Shown one piece after another: positions 13,642 to 27,500 of a DNA stretch of 64,000 nt. Position 1 is the stretch's first letter; the number at the start of each line of letters is the position of its first letter. The position numbers and the translations under genes were made by a program. A model generated the notes under the pieces. That model was not told the origin of the DNA, did no database searches, and saw nothing but the letters and a program-made list of their open reading frames with translations. Source of the DNA: Epiperipatus broadwayi. Its lineage: Eukaryota; Animalia; Onychophora. The DNA lies in NCBI GenBank assembly GCA_028023455.1, contig JAQFVV010000005.1:23064001-23128000 (forward strand). The letters run 5' to 3'.

Positions 13642-13946
13642 CAGGAGTGATATTCAGTGGGTACACATAGGTACGGCCACACTCGTTAAATTTTTTAAAG
13701 TTTTCCGTACCTATTGTTAAAATAAATCCCACAAAATAACAAATCAATTGTCACTCTTTTAAAAAATAAAATATAAAAAAATTGTAAATAAACCCCCCAA
13801 AAATGTAAGTTTTATATTTAATTACATCTTTAATATGTTATAATTTAGTTAGTTTTGATTTGTCAATTTCAACTGTGCTGCCATCTGGGATGTGTTAACA
13901 TCAGTGTTAGAGTACCTGGTGTTAAACATTTTGAATATCACCCAAG
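13642..13946. mobile_element. Probable decayed hAT MITE, ~305 bp
   Basis: Imperfect TIRs CAGGAGTGATATTCA / TGAATATCACCCAAG; 7/8-matching TSD cttgtaac/cctgtaac. Confidence 0.5.
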
Positions 13947-15347
13947 CCTGTAACACATTCTCTGTGCATCCATCTTATATTTTATATAAATACATGGAAA
14001 TAAATAGTCTATCTGAACTTTATATATTGTAAAAGTTTGCTTGCATGTTTTGGTGTCTTCTTCACACAATCCAATTAAACATTATTTTTGATAATTATTT
14101 CATATATTGTAATTTTCTAAACATTTTAAATTTACTCTTAATTTTTCTCACTAAAAAGATATCCCATTTCACATTGAAGGTTTCATTCACTGTCCCACAA
14201 TTCACTTCCTACTTCTTTTATTCCCTGCTTGAAAAATTTCTGGATTTATTGATTACATAGATCTACTGGATTAGTATGAAGAGAATTGTCTTCATATGTA
14301 TGTTAAATCCAAGAAAGTAATGTGATCATAATGCCTATTAGTGAAAATACTTCATAGTTAATGTTTATTTTTCAAATCATTTTTTACATCCATTCATTCA
14401 AATTCATTATTATAGCTTAACATAATTATTTATTTATAACGAGCTTAATATGCAATAAAGGGTCTCATGAAATAACAATAGTCCATTTTCCTGCCTTCTA
14501 AGCAATCTGGGTTTGAATCTATCCCAGGTTCATTCCTTTCCCATTAGCTAATTCTTATCAACTCATATAAGTATCTATTATTGATCATATTTAATTATAA
14601 TTAGCTAGAGAGTAAAATAAGGGCAAATCAATCAAACTCTCAGGCATCCAGCATTTGGCAAGCCTAATGAGTATTGCCATCTTTCTTTGAGGGATTGTTG
14701 AAGAGGGCTATATCTTGCATCATGTTTTTAAAGGTTGTTTTTTATTATTATCTAAGAACATGATAATTTTTCTCTAGTTCAGTTCTTTTAGAAAACTAGA
14801 CTAGAAGGTGATTTATCCAAAATTTTACAGTCAGCAGTAAACCATGTAGCAATTCTATAAAGTTTTTAGTAAGTTCAGAGTTATAGAGGATTTTTCACTA
14901 GTGATGAACCAATCACATTTTCCTCTCACTTGTTATGAAAAGACTACTTGCATACAATCTTTGGATCGAGAATCAGCCAATGAATAGAATGTTGTGATGA
15001 ACAGTATGTTTAAAAATTATTGATCCAATTCTGTTTGTATATAAGGTTGTTTCTTTTTGCAGAAATGGTGGGTTAAATTATTAAACTCTTAGCTACTAGC
15101 CTTGGCAACCTTTATTTATGTTATTTTAGCGGATTGATTGTCTCCTTTGGAGAGGGAAAATGGTGATCATATGGGTAAGTTGTGTGACTAAATTTGTTTG
15201 CGTTGCCATTTCTGTTCTTTTTTGTGTTAATAAATACAAACTTGTCATGAAACTACTATTTTCTAATATCATCATTGTGTTTGGCTTTATTGTTTATATT
15301 CCTGTGTCATTGTTATTTATCATTATTTATTATTTATTTTGTTCTAG

Positions 15348-15573
15348 GAGCTGGTTTAGCGACGGTTGTTATTTCGTTCTTACTATGCACATACTATAAT
15401 GTTATTATTTCATGGGCATTATTTTATCTTTTTAATTCTTTTCGTCATGAATTGCCCTGGGCGAGTTGTAACAATACATGGAATTCAGACAAATGTTGGG
15501 TTCAGCCTGAGAATGCTTCATTGCTAAGTTTAAAACCCAATGATTCTGTGGCAGGGAGTCAAGAATTCTATGA
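15348..15573 (+). CDS. ine: ine-like SLC6 exon (TM3 and EL2 with CNNTWN..C disulfide motif), 226 nt
   Basis: ttctAG acceptor at 15346-47, GTAAGT donor at 15574; translates (G)[50 protein letters not shown]...SQEFY. Confidence 0.95.
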
Positions 15574-18500
15574 GTAAGTTGATTATCTTGTACTTAAGAG
15601 AATGTTGTATAGTTTATTAAATATTTAAAATTGAATATGCATTTATATAAATTTATATATAGATTGAGATAAGCCTATGAATGTAAACCTAACATGTTTT
15701 CTGCTGTGCTTACAATCTTGGTTCAAATCTGTATGGAACTTGTTATATAAGAAATTGTGGGATTTTATTCCCAAGTAACTGAATCACAACCAACCCAGCT
15801 AACCCTTCAATTATTAGTCATTAAATGAGCATTTTAGCTAAAAAATTAAAAAATAAAGGACATCTTTCAATTTGTACCAACTATCACTTGTAGTCTGGTG
15901 AATATTGCTTTTTCCTTCATTGTAAAGTTGTGTACTTGAGCGATACTGATGACCTCATCACTACCTATGTTGACAGACAATATATTAAACTCTCAAACTA
16001 AAGAAATTTGTAATCATTCTCCTTGATGACAAAGACAATATTTTAATTGTAATGGACATTACTGCATATGACAACAAAAGAGAGAGCTCTTTTTAGCTGC
16101 CAATACAAAAAGCAGCAAGAAATTTTATACCAATACAGAAATAGAGTCACAAGGAATACTCGGAAAGCATCATGACCATTTCATTATTTTAGAAAAAGGT
16201 AAATTAACAATACATCTCAGCAAAATTCCTCATCTCAGTGGTTTACCTAAAATCCTTAAGGACCATGTTCCGTTAAGACCTATTATTGGCTCAGAAATTT
16301 ACTGTGTTACATTTATCAAAAATTTTTTTAATTGAAGTCTTTGGCATACGAGACACATTGTGGAATCAATCAAGAACATTAAAAATAAAGATTCTTCTTA
16401 AATATTCTTAGTTCAACTTATAAAACACAGTCCTTGTCAAGATTTCAAACTTTTCTTGGAATTAATCAAGAACATGAAAATAGAATGAACTGACAACATA
16501 GTAAGCTTTGATATGGAAAAGTTTATTCACAAATATGCCCGTGATGAAGCACTAGCTATGGTAAGAAAAAGATTAAATGGCAACAACTCTTTCTATTGAT
16601 TGTATAATGAAACTCTTAATATTTTGTTTAGCAATAATATACTTTTAATACAAACAAAATTCTTTAATTAAATCCACAATAGAATTAGAATATGAACTTA
16701 AATTAACATTTGTACAAGTTCTTGTGTTAAGACTCCCTCATAACAAAATCAAAACTATAACTTATGGAAGCTCACATATAATACTTAGCATATATATTGA
16801 ATCATGATGAAATACAAGAGGGGAATTATATTCTTACTATGAAACAGAGAGAAAAAAAATTGTTTTGAAACTGGTGACTTTGACAAAGAGAATTTCATCA
16901 GAGAACAAACTCTCGTGAAGACTGGTTATCTGTCAGCTATCATTAACAAAAATAGATAGCGTAATAAAAATGAAACATCAAATTAAAATACATTGGCTAA
17001 TACTATGAAGTACTATACAAACCAAAGATGTCAGACAAATTAAAGAAAATCGGCAATTATTATAATATTAGAGCAGTGTTCCAAATTCACAGCACATTGT
17101 GAGGAATCCTAACTTATATAAATCACCTGTCTAAAATTAAAAAAATATATAAAACAATTAGATACATCTAAAATAGAAGATTATGTATGTCTCCATGAAT
17201 ATATGTTCCATTGGGAGAACACAATATTGGGCAGATAGAAAGCAAGTAATAAGAAGAAAATGTAAATAATTTTTTTATGTTAGTGGTAAATAATCTCAAA
17301 AGTTGAGCAACCAATGTGATAAACCGTAACATTTGAAAAGCCTTCATTAATCTTGCACTTTAAAAAAAAAGGAGAAATGGGGAGTGTTTTCATAAATAAC
17401 TATATAAAATTTCTACTGACTGTTGCCTTTGATAGAGTAGTCTTAATTTCAGTATTCATGAATCTAAAGATCACCAGTTCATTTCCTGTTGTAACTGTCA
17501 CTGGTCAAACCAACAATCCCTGAAGAAAGGAGGAGAATAATACTACATGAAATGTGTTTTAAACTAACATATTTTCATTATTAATAGTTGAATGTATTTA
17601 ATGAAGTACAAATAAAAAGTTTGAATTTTTCTGAAGATGGAAATAGTCTGATGTAAAACTATATATCATCACAAACCTTCAATCATTTTATTATATAAGA
17701 TATTTAGTAAAACAAATTATCACATTTTTATAAAAGGCGTTCCATACCAAAACAACCAAAAGATGCAATATAATCAGAACACCAGAATTGTCACCTTAGA
17801 TACTGACTATTTAATTGCTTCCTGTCCTTGGTAGGAAGTACATTTATAAATGGCTTACTATTGCATGTAATGGAATTATAAATCTTGAGAGGAAATGTAC
17901 TATCAACTCTCCTGAGTTATAAATTATTTAACCTTTTAGCATCCATTGATTACTATGGCTACTGTAAAGAGAGAGTTGCTATTGTTTTATAAATTATTTA
18001 CAAATGATAAATCAATCCTTTCAAACTTTATTTTCATATAGCTTTCAATAATTCAACTCATTATTTTTTAATACTGTAATAGTTTTCATCTGTGCTGATG
18101 CTTTTACAATATTGTCCTTCATTATTATACAATGTATTTCATCTTTATCTATGTAACTTTTTTTTTCAATTAGGATAATGATTTACAATATTATGCATGA
18201 GAGCAATTGAGCATCATTCTTAATAATTATGTGTTGATAAAGCAATGAAATCTACTGCAGATAAATAAGATTCAAGCCTATTCTAATTTGTTGTTAGGAT
18301 ATTGGGGCTTGGCACAGCTGATGAAGAGGATTTGTGAAACTGGTCTTGTGAGTCTTGTATTTTCATAGATCACAATTCAGAATTTGACATCTTGTATTGT
18401 GACAGTCAGATGATGTATGTTGGTTTAACCCAGTTCGAATACTAGGCGAAAGTACCTCGAGGCCACCCATACGCGAGATATTAAATCAAGAATACTATGA

Positions 18501-21500
18501 CCTCTGCCCTATTCGCCCATTCTCGAGGCTAACTATGAACCAGCAACATTATCTGAGACACGCATAAATTATTTTCTCATCCGACCCAAAGCTTAGCATC
18601 AGGGGAGAGACATGGACAAGAATACTTATAGAACTACACAGTTAAATGTGCATAAAAGTACTATGAAAAATGTGTTTTGCGTGCCTGGATCATTGGAAAA
18701 GCAAAATAAAGCATTAAAATAAAATTAGAAAACTCAAGCTTTTTAGTTAAAGAATATATTTAATTAAAGACTTTTAAAATATTAATAATGTTTTAATGGC
18801 CTCCGCTATTCCCCTGAATTAATGAAAAACTAATTAGACAATAAAAACAGATATAAACAACATAATATTTTTGCGGTCTAAATCTTTTTTTCCCAATTTT
18901 AATAAAATTGTCAACTCTAATCCCTTCGATAAAACACAATAAAGAATCTTTCGCAAAGCATTTTCTAATTGCTTTGCGCTAAAAACAGTTTAAAATTATT
19001 TAAGACGTATATAGCTAAATAAGTTATATGTAATGAGATAATGGCGGACAAAAGAGGTGTTATCGAAGAGATCAAGTGGGCAAACAAAGGAAACTTACTC
19101 GTATTTAATTTACAACACAATTGACATTGGAAAGATATTTTAAATGAAAAATTAACTTTTAAACTTAACCGCAATGGAATACAAAATATTGATAACATGT
19201 TAGTAATGAAGAATAGTGAAGGAAAAAGTGTTAAAAATATATAGATAGATGATCACACAATATATATATATAAGATTAGGCTAATAAAAATGGTTACATT
19301 ACAAATATAATTAAATAAAACATTTCAGAAATATACTACAATAAGCAATTAAGAAAGGTATGATCAAAAGGATGGAATAGTAAATAGTTTATAAGGAGAG
19401 ATACGATTACCGTCCTGGTTCCTTGGTCTTGCTCTCGCGACGATTGTAGCTTGATACATCCGTCGATAGGTATTCGTCCGGACAAGGAAAATGGAAATAT
19501 GTAGCATTCTTTCACGAAAAGTCCTACAGACATGGCACATAGTTCAGATTAATATTGATTGGATACTACGGCATTTTGATGGTTTTTAGGAACCTCGGCG
19601 GCAGGCAAAGCTTTTTGCCTAACCGCCAATTATATTCGTTTCCATCAAAATACTATGACTTTTAACTCGTTGCATGTTAAAAACTTCTCCGTGGTTTCGA
19701 GGACGACAGTTAAATAACTTTTTGGAACAAAATCTCAACGAGAAGCAAAATCTGAGAAAACTGAATGAATTCTCCCAAAGAGTAATCTGAAAAAGCAGCA
19801 AGAGAAATCTCAATGAATTCTCCAAAGAGAAATCTGACTGAAAAGCAAGCACAAGAAAAATCTGGAAGAATTCTCCAAAGAGAAATCTGACTGAAAGCAA
19901 GCAGGAGAAATCTCTAATAGGAAAAGCAAACTCTGAATAGGCAAGTCTTTTGTTTTCTCTCCTATTTATACCTTTTTTGTAAGCTACCTTCTATTGTTTT
20001 GCGTATGATCTTAGATCTTGATACCCCCCCACGCTCCTTTGTTTCAAGGTAACATTTTCTAAAAATAACTTTTGCTTTTTTATTCTAAATTTCTTTCTTT
20101 AAGCTTTGAATTCTATTAATTAAAAAAAGAAATAGAAGGCCAACTTTAATTTGCCTTGAATGGGCTAATTAATTAAAAACACACATTCTTTTAGAAAATG
20201 TTGGCAGCTTATCTCAAAATAAAATCATACGCCATATTTTAACAAGATTTTAAAAAGAAAAATACATTCTTATTTTTTTAAATAAAATAAGCATTTTATT
20301 TCAGCAGAATTTTGCATTAACTCATATATATACGCTTGACGTATATATATGTTTGACTAATAGGTTTTACAAGTAATTTTTATTAACAGAAATTTAATGT
20401 TAGAACAGAATTTATTTAAAAGGAAATATTTAAATGCAAATACACATTTAATAAACGTAATTAATTTTGGCTGTAATGCAAAACCCTGCTGATATTGGGC
20501 TATAAATTTAATTCAGGCTTACAATACTAATTAAGTCTATAGGAGGCTGTGAAGCATGGATCGGACTTTCAGATCCATTGCTTCAGTATCTAGTTAAACA
20601 ATGAACTTCTTAATTCATTGTAAGCTAATGCTGGTGTTGTTCTCACCATTTCCAAAAATACTCTATAAATTGTATTTAGTGTTTTGAATGCAATGTATAA
20701 AGATTTTGGTTTAGTAATTAATGTTAAAAAAAAAACTCAAAGCCTTTATCAGCTGGGTGGAAGAAAAATCTTCCACAAGTAACATAGAATGTGAGTCAAT
20801 TTAAATATCTCAGTAATTTTTAAATAGATTGATTTAGATGTTTGAGGTTCAAGACAGACTCCAATGAGCTTTTGTTTACATTAGTTGTATATAGTGATGT
20901 TGTTTTATCTAATTTACTGTATGTAAGTGAAATTTGGCCTTATTGATTAGAAAATTTTTATTTAAGAATGTTTCATAAAATTCTAAAAGTATGATAGCAA
21001 AATTGTAAATATGATGGAAGCCACTATTGTATAGTAATATGTCTTTTGGATTGGTCATGTGAAACAAATTAACAATATAAGATGTACTAGGAGTAATCGA
21101 CCCCATTTACATTGTAAAGATCTTCTCGAAGACATTTTAAAAAATGAAATTTTGATTGTTGTCATTGAGATGCGGTTATAGAATTCATTGAAGAGCTACA
21201 ATTAGATTAGACACGGTATTGAAGTCTTTCAGAAAGAAAAGTTTGCTGCAGAAGAAAAACAGCATCACGAAATATCAAATAAATAGAATAATGGACCAGT
21301 GGGTTCTGTATATGAGTATATTTGTCGTTCACAGTTGTTTCTATAATCATCACAAAATTCAAATAGTGTATTATTTTTTTCTTTTTTTTTTTGGAATTGG
21401 AATGATCACATTTCTTTGCAAGTGGCTTCTTCTGTTGATGATGATGAAGGCGCTCTTTAATGTTGACATTCATAATATTACAAGTTATAGCTGTGTAATA

Positions 21501-24500
21501 TATTAATTACGTAATTGATTATATAAATGACTTGAACATTTTTCTCAATATATCAACTTTTTTTATTAATTTTTGTTATAATCACGTCATGCAATCCTGG
21601 GTTTTTTCTATCCACCATGGCTATTTTTACTACAGTATGAAATTAAATCTGTCTTTTCTCCATAGTGCCCATTTCTAGCCTTGTCTGCTTTGTGTCTCAA
21701 TTAATTGTTTAAATCTTCTGTTTATATTTTACAGCATTCACCTTTATTAATTCATCTTTGTTACATTATTGATCGTCTCATTGCTACTTTCCAAAAATAG
21801 TTCTTTACTCTAGTGTCACCTGTATATGCACTACCATCTGGTAAGCACTTATTGTTCATACTTACTATAGATATTCCTAGAGTAAAGTGCTGTTTGTTTT
21901 TAATATAAGGGTTTTTTTTCTTTCTTTTATGTTTTTTTACGAGTTCCTACATCCACTGCAGCAATTTTAAAACATTTCTTGCATAATCTCCATCATCTAT
22001 TTAAATTTGCATTATTAGAATACTATTATTTTCTTATCCAAAAACTCCGAAATCTTCTTCAAGACTTTATTTTAATTTACCAGTGTCCCTTTCTTTTCCT
22101 TTTTTAATTATTCTTATGTATTTATTTCATTTCTACCACTACTAAATTATGATCTAAATTTATATCTATTCCATGATAAACACAAGATGTTAATCATGTT
22201 TCTGAATCTATTTTGAATCACATCTGGAGCTTTCCATACCAATAACAGCATCGTACATTAAGAATTAGATAACTGGTAAATTAAATTTAATAATTATTTA
22301 ATAAAAATAAATTATTCACAAATGAACCTAATTAAATGTTCTGGGCATTCATACAGAAATGGTAATCTTTATAATTTAAACTTAACTTTTTATTAATTCT
22401 TAGCAAGCTTTCAATATTAAAATATCATGTCTTTTCTGTATGAATTCACAGAACATTTTGTTGAATATTGTAATTATCCAGACAAGAGAAAAAAAAAAAT
22501 CATTGGTTTTGTTTAAATAAAAAAAAAAATGATGAAACAAAGTATAGAAATAGATTTGTGAGTAACAAAAAAGGTCCATATTTTATCTTCATTTGACTTT
22601 AATAGTTATTAGTTATCAGACAAGTAAGTATCGGTAGAGGTTAAAAAATTGCTGCAAACATTCATAAATTTTTCTAATCAAGAAATAAGTTATCTTATAC
22701 TGCATATGAGATATTATCATTTAAACTATTTTTCAGTAGAATGAAACTTTGAAATGGATTTTGGTTTCTGACCAAAAGAAACGTAATTGATTCAACTTGA
22801 ACCAAGTTCCAATATAGATTGCACAACTGTGTTTAATGTTTAAAATTGTCAAGAAATTAGACAGCCATAGAAATCATTTCAATTTAATTACAGAATTACT
22901 GAACAAAGAAATGCAATTAACCTTTTGTTTCACTCATATCCTAAAAAAACATTTTGATTAATATACAAAATCATCATGGAATTTTCCATTATTTTTAATT
23001 AAAAAAAAAAAATTCTTCATATTCCAGTTTAATTTACATTTAAAAATAATTTTGAGCAATATTTTTTTTCCCCAAACACAATTTTTTTTCTTCTATTTTT
23101 TAGTTATTTAGAATTATGTTTGTCTGAATTTTTTAAAAAAGATATCTTCTTGTTTAAAAAACAAATGGAAATTTTTGATATTTTATAAATTACAAGAAAT
23201 CTTCATTATGAAAAAGTGCACTTCTAAACTATTATTTTGATGTTGAAACAACCATATAAAGCATTTTAATGGAATATTCATTTTTATTAGATATATTTGA
23301 TAAAGTTTATTTAAGTGAACGTGTGCTATTTTGATTGTTGTTATATTGATTTATTTCATATCGTAAGTTTTTTTTTTTTTTTCAGTAACAAAGTTTTACA
23401 TATGACTGAAGGTCTCCATGAATTGGGCAATGTTCGATGGGAATTGGTTTTACTTCTATTATTATCTTGGATTTTAGTTTATTTTTCCATTTGGAAAAGT
23501 GTCCATTCTTCAGGAAAGGTAAAATAATTTTTTAGTATGTTATTTATTTTATTTAGGAAATTGTTATGTTTTTTACCTTATAAAGTATATAACTCTAAAG
23601 ATAATCACAATATTGCAGCTAAGACAGATTTGAGTTTTCTTAAATCTCCACCTTGTCAGTACAGAAGTAAAAGAAAAATCATTAAAAAATATATATATAT
23701 TAATTCCCTTTTCCGTTTTTCAACATTTAAAAGTAAGTGTTGTAAAACTCAGGAACATTCTAGTTTTTTTTACATGTGGCACTACTTTTAGGGTTGAAAA
23801 TTGTGAAATGAAAGTATACAGTGTTCTTTTCTTGAATATAATCCTCAAGACTCTTGAATAATTAGTAGTAAAACCAGTATCTGGCTTCTTGTTTTTTTTG
23901 TGGTAGAGGACTGATTTGATTTGCATCAATTCACTTACCAACTCTTACTCATTTCATAGTCTGACATTGGGGGAGAGAATTTACTAACAGCTAGTGTAAA
24001 TTAAATTTGAACTATAGTAGTTATGTGTCACCAGGTTTCTATATATATATAATCATCTTTTACCAAAGAATAAAAAATTGTTTATATTAATCTATAATTT
24101 AGAACAATCTTGTGTCTGATCTCTCTAGTTATACAAGTAAGTTGAATTGAATCTAAAATCTTTAAGATGTTTGAAACTTTTAGTCCATATCATATCATAG
24201 CATAATAATAATAATGTGATCATGGGATCAGTAATCTGACTCGAGAGGTAAAAATCTCATCCTGTTACTACCAGAGTTCGAACATCATATCATAATCAAA
24301 TAGTCACTTTAATATTTATTTTATCTGATGAGTTATTTTAAGTCTGTGTTTCCTAAAAGATCAGTTGTTGGAGTCTAATGTCCCATGATTTTTTACTGTT
24401 ATCTAACAGAGCATCCCATCCATTGAAAGCAAATAAATATAAATTAAAAATCATATTGATGTTTCACTGAGGTTCTACATTTTCACAAAGGAATGATTTA

Positions 24501-27500
24501 ATAGAAAAAGCATTTTTACAAGGATAAAGTCATTTAAAATTATATTAGTTTTTTTGGTATTAAATAAATCAGTATTTGTCATAACTTTGTTTTGTAATAG
24601 ATATTAAAGTCAATAAATTAAAGTATCACTGCAATTAATTTTATATATATATATATTTTGTAGGTTGTTTACTTTACTGCAACGTTTCCTTATATTTTAC
24701 TCATTGCTCTTTTAGTACGAGGGCTCACATTAGATGGTGCTAATTTGGGTCTTCGATATTTATTTACACCAGTTTGGGCTCAACTTTTGGAAGCAAAGGT
24801 AAAGGATTTATTAAAATGTGTAATGAACCTAATTGGTTGTAAACTATTATATTATAATGTTTAACTTACAGTGTATGAATGAGTGCATCAAGGCTTTTGT
24901 TAGAAACTTGTTGTGAAGTAAGATATTAGATGTTATATAATGGCTTGTTAACCTCTTAAACATTATTTGTTAATTAGCTGACCATAAAAGACAGCATATT
25001 TAATAATAATAAACTGCATTGCATTTAATATACTTTCAAATAAAACAAACAAAATTTATTTTTATGTCAAACAAAATTTTAGCTACTTCTGATTTCTCTA
25101 TAGTAATGTTTAAAGTCCATATGAGTTTTGCCTTTGTTTTATTGTTTAAGGAATTGGCACAGCTGATGAAGGGAATTTCACTGAAACTATTATCTTGTGA
25201 AATTATGCTATTATGTAGTAATTAATATATTAATTTTGTGCTGTAACTTATAATTTAGGTATGTGTGTCTGTGTTTATATATAACATTATATGCTTGTTT
25301 TGTTATTTGTAACCTGTGAATTGAATACTAGATTTTGAAGACCATAATTGAGGATCATATCCACCTAAATATCTTTTGACTCTGATTTGTCTATTTTTAG
25401 AAATTTATATGAAGTCTCTATGTTAAGATACTTTTTAAATTAACAATAAACAGAACTTTTGATATCAGATGTTGGACCAGTGTCTGATTTTATTTTTTTC
25501 CCATTTACATATATAGTTGTAATCTTGTGGAAATAAATTAATCTTCTCACATGTGCTGCACCATTAGATTAAATTTACATGCACTCACCAGTCAATAAAT
25601 GTTTTAAAAGCATTGATGTAAACATAGTTTACTAAATATTTTTCCTTTACAAGTCTTGGAAATATTTTCTGTAATTGGAAATCCTAAAACTACATAAAGT
25701 GAAAAAAGGTTACAGAAGCAAAACTCTCCATATGGTGATTATGTGATGTGCATTGGAAAAGTGACTGATAATTGATTCTCTCCCCACTCTACCTGCAGGG
25801 CCATATCTGAATCCGAACATGTATTACATGGTAACATAGTTTAGCTATTCATCACAAAATTTTAAAGTGCTAGTGTGTCTGGACTTTAACTCATTATAGA
25901 ATAATGCACTAACATTAAATTTAACATCGAATTGGGCAAAACTGCTATTGAAATGTTTGAAATAGTTCAAAGGTGTATGCCAGAGAAGCTATGAGTTGGA
26001 AGAACATTTTAAAAATGGTTTGCAAGATATTATGATGTTAGGGAAAGCAGTGATGAGAATCTACAGAAGTATGAAATGTTCTGTCACATTAAACTCATGA
26101 TCAAACCCTCGAGTACCTTAAATTTTTTGTGGTAAATAATTAAACTATGTTACTCTATAGCACATGCATTATGGCATTTTCAGGCAGCTTGGAGAAATAA
26201 CCAGTCAAATTTTCATCTGGGATGCACACTTCATGCTCTGTTTCAAATCCATAACCTATAATATGAAATATACATATTGGGGGGGGGGGGATTCTGTTTT
26301 TATGATTTATAAGCTCTTTTTGAAGTGCCCAAATTTAAATAATTTTGTTAAAAAACTTTTTAATGGTGACCCAATTCTCTCTGAATATACCTACAGGCAA
26401 CAGTCCTTCAATATTAGAGTAGATTTGGTCAAAATAAGATTAATGCAGAAATGAAATTTTGCCTCAAACAAATTAATAAATTGCAAAAGCATTGATAATT
26501 TATTCTATTAACTATTCTCATGTTACTGATCATCGTAAATACTCAGTTATTTGCATTTAAGTCATAGTTGAATAATTGTATTTATTTTTTTTGTATAGTT
26601 TTTTATTAGTATATTATTTCTTATAATAATGTGTTTTATTGCAATTATTTATTTTTTACTATTTCAATTATTAAGCAATTTTCTTCAGCAATCTTATATT
26701 AGTTGTATCATTACAAAGAAATATTCATGTCACATGACCTAATTTAATTTAATAATTGTATCATGTACCTGCAGATACATATACATAAAAATATATTAAT
26801 GCTCTATCTTTGCATTTATATTAGGATAGTCATGCATATATGTTACACAGCTTTTTATTTGAATATAAGAAATATATTTTTACTGTCTATTATTTAAATA
26901 TGGATATATTATGCATATATATAATTAAAATTACCCGAAATCCAAAATTCAATCGGACCAGCCAAAAAATAATAATAAAACACAACCAAAGATTTCACTA
27001 CTACAAGCAGACTTCTGAAGTGTAAAGATACAAAAACTACACCATATATATAATATTAAACATTACCCACAAATCCATTTACTTCCCATCCACCCTTAAT
27101 TATAAAAGAACTCTTAAATAAGTTAATTGCTTCAGAATAATAAATTTTCAATAACAAAGATTCTTTAATTCTTCTTTTGATTTCATTTCTCTCAAAGAAG
27201 GCAACCTTAGTCCATCAAAATTAATAGTGTGGGCTGTATCTTTTTCATGGACATACAAAGCAGAACTAAGATATCTATTTCTAACTCTACTTGTATCTTT
27301 TTCATGGACATACAAAGCAGAACTAAGATATCTATTTCTAACTCTACTTTTAAGTAGAGTTAGAAATAGATATCTTAGTTCTGCTTTGTATGTCCATGAA
27401 AAAGATACAGCCCACACTATTAATTTTGATGGAGCTAAGGTTGTCTTCTTTGAGAGAAATGAAATGAAAAGAAGAATTAATGAATCTTTGTTATTGAAAA

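Noticed and set aside
1-15347. Upstream SLC6 exons (TM1-TM2, ending ..CPLFK)
   Set aside because: No stretch with the expected motifs and splice sites found by eye; probably outside the window, though a small exon could have been missed
23363-23385. GTAAG directly before the poly-T/CAG acceptor (apparent 23-nt micro-intron)
   Set aside because: Too short for normal splicing, and the upstream sequence does not resemble SLC6 EL2; the 15573-23386 junction already fits in phase
24305-24330. CTGATGAG motif as a hammerhead
   Set aside because: No GAAA or stem II follows; likewise the hits at 15946, 48465(-) and 61752(-) lack the second core strand
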